Notes: generated by a model from the sequence alone, not told the origin. Shown: positions 19,354 through 29,246, counted from the first letter of the stretch. The stretch: DNA of 64,000 bases from an uncultured Anaerolineaceae bacterium (GCA_964435475.1 CAYSZB010000003.1:4220-68219); one strand, 5' to 3'. A program made the numbers and translations.

Positions 19354-20820
19354 TCAGAGCAGTCCAACCTGGGTGTTAAATTCATTGATCATGGTATCGA
19401 TCTGTGGCACCTGTTGTTGGATCTCGATCCAGTAATCCGGGTCATACCACTGGGCAAGGATTTCCTCGTAGGTTTTGCCTTGCTGTTCAACCCATGTGTA
19501 ATATTTAAGATTGTGGATGCGTTTTTTGCCCTGATAAGTCAATTCCTCCAGGTAATCTACATCCTGTCCTTTTAACCATCGGCTATCATCTTTCGAAGCT
19601 TGCAGTGTTGTGTAGGTGCCCATCTCGGTATGCATTTCTTCCAACCTGCTTTGGTACAACTCCATAGAATCCGTGAGAACAGTCAGAACGATATCATGCG
19701 ACCCCATTTCGTAATATTTGGCGAATTTAATCGCTGAAAGCATGTTGGACGCGCCTGAGAAACCCAAAAGATCGAGCTGCTGGACGGTTGCCTCGGGCAC
19801 TCCCTGGTCTATGAGGTATTGTCTGCCGACAGGTTCATTGAAGAGACGCGCCAGGTTGACAACTGCATTATCATCAATGGCAGTGATCATGTCTGTATTT
19901 TTCGAGTTGTGGATCCAGGGTACGTGTTTATCTCCGATGCCTTCGATCCGATGGGCACCAAAACCGTTGTTAAGTAAAGTGGGGCACTGCAAAGCCTCGC
20001 TGGCGATTATTTTCGAGTTAGGGAAGCGTTGCTTCATATAATCCCCGCTGGCGATCGTGCCGGCGGATCCGGTGGCAGAGACAAAGCCCCGATATTCATC
20101 TTTTGGACCGGATACTTCTTGAACCAATTCTTCCAGTGCATGGCCGGTGATGTCGTAATGCCACAGGTAATTCCCAAATTCTTCAAACTGGTTAAAGATC
20201 GCCAGGTCTGTGCCTGACCTGCGCAATTCCCAACATTTATCAAAGATCTCTTTCACGTTCGATTCACTGCCTGGTGTGGCGATCACTTCATCTGCAATAG
20301 ACCTAAGCCAATCAAAACGCTCACGGCTCATACCTTCGGGAAGGATGGCAATGGAATTGCAGGCGAGCAAGGCAGAATCATATGCCCCACCACGGCAATA
20401 ATTGCCAGTGGATGGCCAGACGGCTTTTTGAGTTGTGGGGTCAAACTGCCCAGAGATCAAAGGTGGAACCAGGCAACCAAAAGCAGCGCCTACCTTATGG
20501 CAACCGGTGGGGAACCACTTGCCCACGAGAGCAATGATGCGAGCATCGACACCAGTCAGGCTGGATGGAAACTCCAGGTAATTAACCCCTCCAAAAAGAC
20601 CACCTTTGAGGCTGGCTTGATTGTGCCAGGTGATCCTGAATAAGTTCCGTGGGTGGATATCCCATAGACCGATATCTTCCAGTTCATCTTTGATCTTTTG
20701 GGGGATCAAGGATGGATCTTTCTGCTGGGCAAATGTAGGGATGATGATGTTTCTTTCCCTGACACGTTTAATGGTGCGTTCCAATCGGTTGGTGTCTATT
20801 GCAAGGTTAATGCGAGCCAT
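19354..20820 (-). CDS. fold-type II PLP-dependent enzyme (Trp-synthase-beta/cysteine-synthase superfamily), long form
   Basis: 488 aa. A candidate PLP-Lys lies in GCHKVGAAFG and a Gly-rich loop in SATGSAGTIASG. The specific function is not recognisable. Confidence 0.6.
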   Translation of the reverse strand: MARINLAIDTNRLERTIKRVRERNIIIPTFAQQKDPSLIPQKIKDELEDIGLWDIHPRNLFRITWHNQASLKGGLFGGVNYLEFPSSLTGVDARIIALVGKWFPTGCHKVGAAFGCLVPPLISGQFDPTTQKAVWPSTGNYCRGGAYDSALLACNSIAILPEGMSRERFDWLRSIADEVIATPGSESNVKEIFDKCWELRRSGTDLAIFNQFEEFGNYLWHYDITGHALEELVQEVSGPKDEYRGFVSATGSAGTIASGDYMKQRFPNSKIIASEALQCPTLLNNGFGAHRIEGIGDKHVPWIHNSKNTDMITAIDDNAVVNLARLFNEPVGRQYLIDQGVPEATVQQLDLLGFSGASNMLSAIKFAKYYEMGSHDIVLTVLTDSMELYQSRLEEMHTEMGTYTTLQASKDDSRWLKGQDVDYLEELTYQGKKRIHNLKYYTWVEQQGKTYEEILAQWYDPDYWIEIQQQVPQIDTMINEFNTQVGLL

Positions 20821-20838
20821 TTCTTTCTCCAGTGATAA

Positions 20839-21822
20839 TTAGTTATTTGTTACTTCTTTCTTGTTAAGATCAAGCCGGGTGGGGTCAAATCCTTCTGAGG
20901 GTCCTTCAGCCACTACATATATGGGGCGTCCTTTTACTTCATCATAGATCCGACCAATATATTCTCCAATAATTCCCAGGCTGACCAACTGAATACCGCC
21001 CAGGAAGAGGACAATGATCAATGTGGTTGCCTGACCGGCAAACTGGGCATTACCCAGCAGCCTTAAAATGATGACCAGTGGAATGGCAATAATGCTCAGC
21101 CCGGCTGCAATGAAACCAAGGTATGTGGCTATTTGCAGGGGAACATATGAAAAACTGGTGGTGGCATTAAGTGCCAGTTTGAGCATTTTCTTGAAAGGAT
21201 ACTTGGTAATACCTGCAAACCGGGCTGCACGTCTATATTCCACCCCGATCTGTTTAAAACCGACCCATGATGCCATACCTCTCAGGAAGCGGTGGCGTTC
21301 CCGCATGCGGCACATGATTTCGACCACTTTTCGATCCAGTAAGCGGAAATCACCGGTATCCAGTGGGATCTTCACATCGGTGATGCGATAAATGATCCTA
21401 TAGAAGAGAGAAGCGGTTACTTTCTTGAACCAGGTTTCTCCTTCGCGTTCCTTACGGACAGCATAAACCACTTCGTATCCCTCGCGCCATTTTGCGATCA
21501 ACTCAAGGATCACTTCAGGCGGATCCTGGAGATCGGCATCGATAATTATGACAGCTTTACCGCGGCTGTAGTCCAGCCCGGCAGTCACTGCAATCTGGTG
21601 TCCGAAGTTGCGGGCAAAGATCACCGGGCGGACATGGTCATCTGATTGTGCTATCTTGCGTATAACATCAGTCGATCCATCCTTGCTTCCATCATCCACC
21701 AGGATCAATTCCCAGCTCTCACCGCTGGTTTTCATTACGTCACGCATCCGTTGATATAGCTCGGGAATATTCTCTAATTCATTATATATTGGGGCAATGA
21801 TCGAAAAAGTGGGATCTGTCAT
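20839..21822 (-). CDS. GT2 polyprenyl-phosphate glycosyltransferase (GtrB/ArnC-like) with C-terminal TM helices
   Basis: 327 aa. [13 protein letters not shown]...[12 protein letters not shown] and [12 protein letters not shown] are present, with two C-terminal hydrophobic helices. Confidence 0.85.
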   Translation of the reverse strand: MTDPTFSIIAPIYNELENIPELYQRMRDVMKTSGESWELILVDDGSKDGSTDVIRKIAQSDDHVRPVIFARNFGHQIAVTAGLDYSRGKAVIIIDADLQDPPEVILELIAKWREGYEVVYAVRKEREGETWFKKVTASLFYRIIYRITDVKIPLDTGDFRLLDRKVVEIMCRMRERHRFLRGMASWVGFKQIGVEYRRAARFAGITKYPFKKMLKLALNATTSFSYVPLQIATYLGFIAAGLSIIAIPLVIILRLLGNAQFAGQATTLIIVLFLGGIQLVSLGIIGEYIGRIYDEVKGRPIYVVAEGPSEGFDPTRLDLNKKEVTNN

Positions 21823-23060
21823 CTAATAACCTTTCTTAAGGAATTGATCGTGGGTTCAATGATAGGCGGGAAAGGCAGGCTTTCAAGACTGGCATTAATA
21901 TCTTTTAAGCCACTACCTGTGTTGATCACGATCACCTGTTCATCAGGCGGTATTAGTTTTTCATGGCAGGCCTTTTTCAGTCCGGCAAATGCAGTTGCGC
22001 CAGCTGGTTCAGCAAAAATACCGACCCTTCCAAGGTCTTTTATTGCCTGCAGGATAGCGTGATCATCTACTGTGATGTAAGTACCTCCAGTTTGCCTGAC
22101 AGCTCGCAGGGCACGGAAACCATCTCTTGGGAGATCCACCGCGATGCTATCGGCAATAGTCCTGGCGTTGACTGGAATTATGTGATCACTGCCTGTAGAG
22201 AATGCGTTGGCAATTGCTGCAGATCCAATTGCCTGGACCCCAACCAACCTAGGTATCTTATCAATCCAGCCCAGAGAAAGCAGGTCACTAAAACCTTTGT
22301 GAATACCTGTGATAATATTGCCATCGCCAACCGGGATAAAAATGGCAAATGTTTCATTTTTATTTGACCTTGAGACCAGTAGCTGTTCCCAGATCTCAAA
22401 CGCAGCTGTCTTTTTCCCTTCAACTGTGAATGGGTTAAAGCCTGTGTTGCGGTTATACCAGCCAAATTCACGCGATGCTTCGATGCTGAGATCAAAAGCC
22501 TGGTCGTAGTTTCCATCGACCAGGATCACCTGAGCACCATAGACCAGAAGCTGGGCGATTTTTGCTTTTGGAGCGGATCGCGGTGCAATGATGATGGCAG
22601 ACAATCCCAGGCAGGTTGCCATGCAAGCAGTCGCTGCTCCGGCATTACCGGTGGAAGCTGCCACAACTGCTTTGCTGTGGATCTGAAGGGCATGCGCCAT
22701 TACAACCGCGCTTGCCCGATCTTTGAAAGATGCTGAAGGGTTGCGGCTTTCATCCTTGATAAATAATTTCTTGATGCCAAGTTCCCTTGCAAGAAGTTCA
22801 GACTCATAAATTGGGGTCATCCCGACCTGGTGGAGGGGGGTGCGCTCAAAACCAGGGTCCTGGACAGGTAAAAGGTCAGCATAACGCCAAATGGATGTTT
22901 CATTTGACCGCAAAATGACCTCAGGATCCAGTTTATTCTGTAAACCTTCATAGTCAAGAATCACATCCAGGTTGCCAGCATCCTGTGGGCAGGTGTATTT
23001 AACCTGACCGGGTTGATACTGTTTTCCACAAGATGAGCAAACAAATTGATCAATTACCAT
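21819..23060 (-). CDS. thrC: threonine synthase(-like) PLP enzyme with N-terminal zinc ribbon
   Basis: 413 aa. The motifs are CSSCGKQY...YTCP, the PLP-Lys motif SFKDRAS and ASTGNAGAA. Confidence 0.75.
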   Translation of the reverse strand: MVIDQFVCSSCGKQYQPGQVKYTCPQDAGNLDVILDYEGLQNKLDPEVILRSNETSIWRYADLLPVQDPGFERTPLHQVGMTPIYESELLARELGIKKLFIKDESRNPSASFKDRASAVVMAHALQIHSKAVVAASTGNAGAATACMATCLGLSAIIIAPRSAPKAKIAQLLVYGAQVILVDGNYDQAFDLSIEASREFGWYNRNTGFNPFTVEGKKTAAFEIWEQLLVSRSNKNETFAIFIPVGDGNIITGIHKGFSDLLSLGWIDKIPRLVGVQAIGSAAIANAFSTGSDHIIPVNARTIADSIAVDLPRDGFRALRAVRQTGGTYITVDDHAILQAIKDLGRVGIFAEPAGATAFAGLKKACHEKLIPPDEQVIVINTGSGLKDINASLESLPFPPIIEPTINSLRKVIR

Positions 23061-23124
23061 AATGTAGACGCACTTTTTGAAATATCTTGATCATCGAAGG
23101 CTTTATTAATGATACTCTATCCTA

Positions 23125-23919
23125 TCAAACAATTGGATGCATGGACATATCTGCCATTAAGCCATAATGGTCCGAGGCATAGATTTCCGGGTTTTTAGCA
23201 TCCGGTTCTGTAAACACCAGCTGGCAATCCAAAACCTTGACTTTTTCGGATACCAGCAGGTAATCGATCGTTCTCAGTTGGTCAATTTGGTCGGTCGAAG
23301 GGATTTCATATTTGTCATTGCCCAGGCAATTGATCTTCATGCCAAGTGGAGTGGGGAATGTAAAGGGAGTCTCTTTGCCATGAGCTTTTTCAAAAGCTGA
23401 GCCAAATTTTTGTTTCAGAATGCAGACAGATTCTGACCCTGGCAGGCTGTTGAGATCACCGCAGATGATCTTGGGGGTCTTTTGGGGGTAAAGATCCAGG
23501 TGAGCGCTTATGATTTGCGCCTGTTCCATCCGTCCAGGCGCAGGATCATCCTGCCACAGTAAATGAGTGTTTGCCAATAAGAAAACGGTGTAGTTTTTCA
23601 TCAAAGTAAAGACTTGCGCTTTTCGGTTTTGGTAAAGCAGGTCCAGCACATTCAGGTTAAGTACATCCAGGTGGGTCAGGATTGCCAGGGCTTCGTTTTC
23701 GCCCATCATCCCGGCATTGGGTGTCGTGTAAACCTTGTATCCTTCCAGACGGTCGGCAACCCATTGTGCGCTGTTACCCGGTAGAACGACTTCCTGGAAA
23801 GCAATGACATCCGGGTTTAGCCTTCTAAGTTCGTCCACGATCAACTGACCGCGTTGATCCCACTTGGTGAGGTCAACCAGGATATTAAGGGTAACCACCC
23901 TGATCAATTCAGGTTTCAT
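23125..23919 (-). CDS. endonuclease/exonuclease/phosphatase (EEP) family protein
   Basis: 264 aa. VVTLNIL, IAFQEV and the terminal SDHYGL are typical EEP motifs. Confidence 0.75.
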   Translation of the reverse strand: MKPELIRVVTLNILVDLTKWDQRGQLIVDELRRLNPDVIAFQEVVLPGNSAQWVADRLEGYKVYTTPNAGMMGENEALAILTHLDVLNLNVLDLLYQNRKAQVFTLMKNYTVFLLANTHLLWQDDPAPGRMEQAQIISAHLDLYPQKTPKIICGDLNSLPGSESVCILKQKFGSAFEKAHGKETPFTFPTPLGMKINCLGNDKYEIPSTDQIDQLRTIDYLLVSEKVKVLDCQLVFTEPDAKNPEIYASDHYGLMADMSMHPIV

Positions 23920-23928
23920 AAACCTCTT

Positions 23929-24876
23929 CTATGGCACAATCCAGGTGCCGGTCTTACCTTGTAGCGCGGTGATGATGTGTTCCGGGTCGGTGATCAAGGC
24001 TTGCTTTCCGCCATTTTCGAAGTACTTGAGAATGGCCTGGATCTTGGGTAGCATGCTGCCTTTGGCAAAGTGACCTTCACTTACAAACTGCCTGGCCTGA
24101 TCTGTGGTGATCTTATCCAGCCATTGCTGCCCCGGTTTGTTGAAGTTTATGGCAACTTTTTCAACAGCCGTACTGATCAGGAAAAGATCTGCTTGGATCA
24201 TACTGGCTAAAATAGAGGAACCGAAATCCTTGTCAATTACCGCTTCAACGCCTACAAGTTCACCTGAGGGCGTTTCAAGAACAGGGATACCGCCCCCGCC
24301 GACCCCGATGACCACAAAGCCGGCTTTGATCAAGCTCTGGATTGCATCTGCTTCCACAATTCTCTGGGGAATGGGTGAGGGCACAACCCTGCGCCAACCT
24401 CTTCCAGCATCTTCGACCATGGTCCAGCCTTCAGTCTCCATCTTGACCCTGGCTTGTTCTTCGCTCATGAAGGAGCCGATAGGCTTGGTTGGATGCTCAA
24501 AAGCCGGGTCATTACGATCCACGATCGTTTGGGTTACCACAGTCACAGCCTGTTTATTCATTTTGCGGGATAGAAAATGGTTGTGCAGGGCTTGTTGGAA
24601 CATGTAACCAATCGCACCCTGGGTATCTGCTCCACAGTAATCGAGAGGTACCTCATGCAGCTCGTGGCTGGAAAGCTCCGAACGGCGCAGTATAAATCCC
24701 ACCTGGGGACCATTCCCGTGGGTGACCACCACATCCCAGCCCATGGCGATCATGCTGGCTATGTGTCCCATGGTCTCAACGGAACAGGCGTATTGGTCGG
24801 GGACGGTCTGGTGATCTTTATCCTTGATCAAGGCATTCCCACCAACTGCAACAACGGCTAAACCTTTTTTACTCAT
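23929..24876 (-). CDS. arcC: carbamate kinase
   Basis: AVVAVGGNAL, VTHGNGPQVG and GVGGGGIPV are present. I prefer the ATG at 24876 (MSKKG), which has GGAGA upstream. The TTG at 24891 used by the track lies inside that SD. Confidence 0.85.
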   Translation of the reverse strand: MSKKGLAVVAVGGNALIKDKDHQTVPDQYACSVETMGHIASMIAMGWDVVVTHGNGPQVGFILRRSELSSHELHEVPLDYCGADTQGAIGYMFQQALHNHFLSRKMNKQAVTVVTQTIVDRNDPAFEHPTKPIGSFMSEEQARVKMETEGWTMVEDAGRGWRRVVPSPIPQRIVEADAIQSLIKAGFVVIGVGGGGIPVLETPSGELVGVEAVIDKDFGSSILASMIQADLFLISTAVEKVAINFNKPGQQWLDKITTDQARQFVSEGHFAKGSMLPKIQAILKYFENGGKQALITDPEHIITALQGKTGTWIVP

Positions 24877-24909
24877 TAATTGTTTCTCCAAAATTTTATA
24901 GTTATTTTT

Positions 24910-26295
24910 CTATCCATTGATCAATGATCGGGCAAGCTGGTTATGTTTCCTGGCATGGGTTTTGATATCCAGCGTATTGAGATGACCTTTTTCGACGATC
25001 AAATTGCCGCCCACAATGTTGTAATCGACCTGCAGGGGAGAGCAGAACAACACGGCGCTAACCGGGTCATGCAAAGCACCCGTGTACTCCAGGCGATTGA
25101 GGTCAATAGCGATCATATCGGCGCACTTGCCCACCTCGAGCGATCCAATGTCGTTTCGACCAAGCACCGCAGCCCCGCCACGGGTAGCAAGGGATAATGC
25201 CTGGCGTGCAGTCATCAATTGAGGAGCGTCGGTTCCCGACAGGGATGCACCTTGCAGACCGCTGTTCAGCCTCGCCAGGAGCATAGCCTGGCGTGCCTCT
25301 GCCAGCATGTGGGAACTATCATTGCTTGCAGAGCCATCCACACCAAGGCCTACCTTGACACCGACTTTCATCATATCCACTATCGGGGCAATTCCGGATG
25401 CCAGGCGCATGTTTGAACTGGGACAGTGAGCAACACCGCAACCAGTATGTGCATAGAGATCGATTTCATCACGGTTAACATGCACGCTATGGGCAAACCA
25501 TACATCACTTCCGATCCAGTTGACCTGCTGCATGTAAGCCACCGGCTTGTGACCAAACATCTGCAGGCAGAATGCCTCCTCGTCCTGGGTTTCGGCCAGG
25601 TGGGTGTGCAGGTGCACGTTATATTCGCGGGCAAGGATGGCTGATTGGCGCATCAGTTCACCGGTCACGCTAAAAGGTGAGCAGGGTGCCAGGACGATCT
25701 GTACTTTTGAACCCGGTTTGGGGTCATGGTAGCGTTCGATCAGTCTCTGGCTATCCTTTAATATGCTTTCCTCATCATCCACAACACTATCCGGCGGCAG
25801 TCCACCTTGAGACTCACCAAGGCTCATGGAGCCACGCGAAGCATGCAGCCTGAGGCCGATAGTCGATGCGGCGTTGATCTCATCATCCAGGTGGGAGCCG
25901 TTAGGAAAAAGATAGAGATGATCTGACGCGGTCGTGCAGCCACTCAGTGCCAGTTCAGCAAGGGCGGTTTGGGTGGAGGTGAAAATATGATCGGCATTCA
26001 TGCGCGCCCAGACGGGATAGAGAGTTTTCAACCAGTTAAACAGGTTGGCATCCTGTGCGGCAGGCACTGCACGGGTCAGGGTCTGGTAAAAATGATGGTG
26101 GGTATTGATCAAACCCGGCAGAACAATGTGATCCGCCAGGTCCAGGACCTGGTCTGCCTGCTGGGGCAGCTCATGACTCAAACCGATCTTTTTTATAAAT
26201 CCGTCCTGGCAAAAGATCGCCGAACCTTTCAACTCACGTTCTAAGCCATCCATGGTGACAATAATGGATGCATTTTTGATCAATAGAGTGGTCAT
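24910..26295 (-). CDS. amidohydrolase of the 8-oxoguanine deaminase / SsnA / guanine-deaminase group
   Basis: 461 aa. PGLINTHHHFYQTLTR, HLAET and GVDGSASND are the metal-binding motifs of this subgroup. Confidence 0.8.
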   Translation of the reverse strand: MTTLLIKNASIIVTMDGLERELKGSAIFCQDGFIKKIGLSHELPQQADQVLDLADHIVLPGLINTHHHFYQTLTRAVPAAQDANLFNWLKTLYPVWARMNADHIFTSTQTALAELALSGCTTASDHLYLFPNGSHLDDEINAASTIGLRLHASRGSMSLGESQGGLPPDSVVDDEESILKDSQRLIERYHDPKPGSKVQIVLAPCSPFSVTGELMRQSAILAREYNVHLHTHLAETQDEEAFCLQMFGHKPVAYMQQVNWIGSDVWFAHSVHVNRDEIDLYAHTGCGVAHCPSSNMRLASGIAPIVDMMKVGVKVGLGVDGSASNDSSHMLAEARQAMLLARLNSGLQGASLSGTDAPQLMTARQALSLATRGGAAVLGRNDIGSLEVGKCADMIAIDLNRLEYTGALHDPVSAVLFCSPLQVDYNIVGGNLIVEKGHLNTLDIKTHARKHNQLARSLING

Positions 26296-26345
26296 ATTAA
26301 TACCTTTCCCGGGAGAGTAGCTCAGACATGGTCAGGTTTTCACGC

Positions 26346-27233
26346 CTACAGGGTTTGCTTATCTGCCAATTCAGCGGCGTGCAGGGTGGAGCGCATCAGC
26401 ATGGCGATGGTCATGGGGCCAACGCCACCCGGGACCGGTGTGATCGCACCGGCAACCTGGGAAACCTCATCATAATCCACATCACCGACCAGGTGATATC
26501 CCCGTTTGTTTGAAGGATCGTCGACACGGTTAATCCCCACATCGATAACCACAGCGCCTGGTTTGACCCAATCCCCTTTGACCATATTGGGTTGACCGAT
26601 GGCGGCTACCAGGATATCTGCCTTTTGGATCTCCTGGGCAAGGTTGGCTGTACGTGAATGACAAATGGTAACCGTGGCATTGGCTTTCAGCAAGAGCAAA
26701 GAAACCGGCATCCCGACGATATTTGAGCGTCCCAGGACGACTGCTTTAGCTCCAGCGAACTTAACGCCGGATTTTTCCAGCAGGACCATCACACCGGCTG
26801 GTGTGCAGGGAACGAATAAGGGTTCGCGTCCTTTTTGTGCCAGGTGACCGATGTTTATTGGGTGAAATCCGTCTACATCTTTTGAAAGACTGATGGCGCT
26901 CAGTACTTTCTCTTCATCCAGACCTTTGGGAAGAGGTAGCTGGACGAGGATGCCATGAATGGATGGGTCCTGGTTAAGCTGGCTGACAAGTTTTTCAACC
27001 TCGACCTGGCTGCTGTCGGCTGGCAGAGTGTGGGCATATGAATTGATACCCAGTTCCTGGCAGGCTTTGTGCTTCGAACGCACATAAGCCTGGGATGCAG
27101 GATCATCACCGACCAGAACGGTTGCCAACCCGGGCACGCTCAATCCTTTGCTTATTCTATCAGCAACCGATGCTTTCACTTGTGCACGGATCCCGTCCGC
27201 AACCAGCTTGCCATCAATGACCACAGCCGTCAT
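26346..27233 (-). CDS. folD: bifunctional methylenetetrahydrofolate dehydrogenase/cyclohydrolase
   Basis: 295 aa. YVRSKHKAC, VQLPLP, GRSNIVGMP and PVPGGVGPMT are present. Confidence 0.9.
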   Translation of the reverse strand: MTAVVIDGKLVADGIRAQVKASVADRISKGLSVPGLATVLVGDDPASQAYVRSKHKACQELGINSYAHTLPADSSQVEVEKLVSQLNQDPSIHGILVQLPLPKGLDEEKVLSAISLSKDVDGFHPINIGHLAQKGREPLFVPCTPAGVMVLLEKSGVKFAGAKAVVLGRSNIVGMPVSLLLLKANATVTICHSRTANLAQEIQKADILVAAIGQPNMVKGDWVKPGAVVIDVGINRVDDPSNKRGYHLVGDVDYDEVSQVAGAITPVPGGVGPMTIAMLMRSTLHAAELADKQTL

Positions 27234-27291
27234 AACCCGCTCCTATCGTAAAGTTTATATATTACTTAAGGATTATACCCGAATCAAAAGG

Positions 27292-27297
27292 TATAAT
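27292..27297 (+). promoter_or_regulatory. -10-like TATAAT 6 nt upstream of the udk ATG (possible leaderless transcript)
   Basis: The sequence reads GGTATAATTCgagcATG with no SD. The 10-mer is identical to the one at 2571-2580. Confidence 0.3.
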
Positions 27298-27303
27298 TCG
27301 AGC

Positions 27304-27957
27304 ATGGCTTACACCCACTCTCCCCTCATAATTGGCATAGCCGGTGGTTCGGGTTCCGGCAAAACGACCCTTGCACAGTTAATCCTTGACCATATCGGTG
27401 CCGACAAGATCGCCTTCCTACCCCATGATGCCTATTATCGTGACCAGGATCACCTGCCTTACGAGGAAAGACTCAAAGTCAACTATGACCACCCGGATTC
27501 ATTGGAAACCGAATTGCTGGTCAGGCACATTCAGGAGTTAAAAGCAGGTCGGGCGATTGATCTGCCAGTTTATGACTTTAACATCTATTCCAGGAAGCAT
27601 GAGACGCGACGCATTGAACCACGATCGATCATCCTGGTCGAGGGCATTTTGATATTTTATGAAAAGATCCTGCGTAAGTTGTTTGATGTGAAGATATTTG
27701 TGGATGCAGACCCGGATATCCGCTTAATCCGACGATTAACAAGGGACATCACGGAGCGTGGACGGTCAGTTGATTCGGTGATCAGCCAGTACCAGGCTAC
27801 GGTTCGGCCAATGTACCTGGAGTTCGTTGAGGCTTCAAAACGTTACGCTGACATAATCATACCCGAGGGTGGGCGCAACCCGGTTGCTCTTGAGATGGTC
27901 ATTGCCAGGCTTGAAAGCCTGTTAGGGGCGGAAAATGACAACCGAACAAACCACTAA
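27304..27957 (+). CDS. udk: uridine kinase
   Basis: The P-loop IGIAGGSGSGKTT and the YDF...ILVEGI pattern are present. I use the ATG at 27304. The track ORF start at 27148 would overlap folD. Confidence 0.9.
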   Translation: MAYTHSPLIIGIAGGSGSGKTTLAQLILDHIGADKIAFLPHDAYYRDQDHLPYEERLKVNYDHPDSLETELLVRHIQELKAGRAIDLPVYDFNIYSRKHETRRIEPRSIILVEGILIFYEKILRKLFDVKIFVDADPDIRLIRRLTRDITERGRSVDSVISQYQATVRPMYLEFVEASKRYADIIIPEGGRNPVALEMVIARLESLLGAENDNRTNH

Positions 27958-28492
27958 AACAAGCAAACCCTGGTTGAATGTGATCAGGGTGATCGTGTTG
28001 GTGCTGGTCATGGCGCTCTCGGTGGTGCTGATCATCTACCGCGACAAGGTCCAGGCACTGCAAGGATATGGCTACCCCGGGATCTTCCTTTTTTCGATCC
28101 TGGCCAACGCCACCATTTTCATCCCAATACCGGGTGTGTTATTCACCTCGGCAATGGGCGCTGTGTTCAACCCATTCTGGGTGGCTGTGGCAGCCGGGGC
28201 TGGCGCAGCGATCGGTGAACTTTCGGGGTACATGGCAGGTTTCAGCGGACAGGCTGTGGTTGAAAAAAGCCCAAAATATGAAAAAGTGATGAACTGGATG
28301 AGAAAAAATGGGGACCCCACGATACTGGTACTGGCGATCATCCCCAACCCGCTTTTTGATATGGCAGGCATGATCGCCGGGGTTTTGAAGATGCCGGTGT
28401 GGAAATTCCTGATCTTTTGTACCGTCGGCAAGATCATCAAAATGCTGGCGTTTGCCTACCTGGGTTCCAGCCTGCTGAACGTGTTACAATAG
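27935..28492 (+). CDS. VTT/DedA-superfamily small membrane protein (YqaA-like)
   Basis: 185 aa with YGYPGIFLFSILANATIFIPIPG. It overlaps the udk end by 23 nt. Confidence 0.65.
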   Translation: MTTEQTTKTSKPWLNVIRVIVLVLVMALSVVLIIYRDKVQALQGYGYPGIFLFSILANATIFIPIPGVLFTSAMGAVFNPFWVAVAAGAGAAIGELSGYMAGFSGQAVVEKSPKYEKVMNWMRKNGDPTILVLAIIPNPLFDMAGMIAGVLKMPVWKFLIFCTVGKIIKMLAFAYLGSSLLNVLQ

Positions 28493-28520
28493 GGCGTTAT
28501 TTTATTACAAAGGCTTCAAT

Positions 28521-28547
28521 TGACCCGTGCGCGGGTCATTATTTTGA
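28521..28547 (+). terminator. possible weak terminator hairpin
   Basis: The hairpin is tgacccg-tgcg-cgggtca (7-bp stem), followed by ttatttt. Confidence 0.35.
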
Positions 28548-28562
28548 AAGAATGGATGTCAA

Positions 28563-29234
28563 ATGACCGAGATCATTGAGTTTTTGAGGATGTGGTCTGA
28601 AAAGATCATGATGGCGCTGGGATACCCGGGTATTTTCCTGGTCATGCTCCTGGAATGCGTTTTTCCGCCAATTCCATCCGAGGTGATCATGCCCCTGGCA
28701 GGCTTTTTGGTCTCACAGGGTGAGTTCAACTTCTGGGGGGTAATGCTTTCAGGAACTTTGGGCTCGTTGGTGGGAGCTCTGTTGCTGTATTGGTTGGGTG
28801 CCTGGGCGGACGAAGTGATTTTGCGTTCGTGGGTAAGAAAACACGGCAAATGGATCCAGGTGAGTGAAACAGATATTGATCGGGCTGAGAAGTGGTTTGC
28901 CAAGCATGGTCAAAGTGTGATCTTTTTTGGACGGATGATCCCGATCATCCGCAGCCTCATCTCCATCCCGGCAGGCATGGAAAGAATGCCAATGTGGAAG
29001 TTCCTGCTATACACATCCCTGGGATCGATCATCTGGAATTTCCTGTTGACCTATGGAGGTATTCTTTTAGGTGAGAACTGGGAAAAGATCATTGGCTGGC
29101 TGGATATCTACCAGAATGTAGTCCTGGTGATCCTGGCGATAATGTTCCTTCTTTTCATTATCTGGTTGATCGCACGGCGTCGAAAAGCGCGCCTCGCTGA
29201 ACAGGCAGCCCAGACTTCGAGTGAGGTCGACTAA
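28563..29234 (+). CDS. DedA family membrane protein
   Basis: 223 aa. GYPGIFLVMLLECVFPPIPSEVIMPLAG and GRMIPIIRSLISIPAG are present. Confidence 0.85.
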   Translation: MTEIIEFLRMWSEKIMMALGYPGIFLVMLLECVFPPIPSEVIMPLAGFLVSQGEFNFWGVMLSGTLGSLVGALLLYWLGAWADEVILRSWVRKHGKWIQVSETDIDRAEKWFAKHGQSVIFFGRMIPIIRSLISIPAGMERMPMWKFLLYTSLGSIIWNFLLTYGGILLGENWEKIIGWLDIYQNVVLVILAIMFLLFIIWLIARRRKARLAEQAAQTSSEVD

Positions 29235-29246
29235 CAAATATAAGGG

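Noticed and set aside
26311-26325. tRNA-like 5' fragment GGGAGAGTAGCTCAG
   Set aside because: No matching D-stem closure (GAGC), anticodon arm or GTTCRANYC T-loop follows within 75 nt. The downstream sequence runs into the folD 3' end.
27148-27303. N-terminal extension of the udk ORF
   Set aside because: It overlaps the folD start region on the opposite strand. The Udk P-loop follows immediately after the ATG at 27304.
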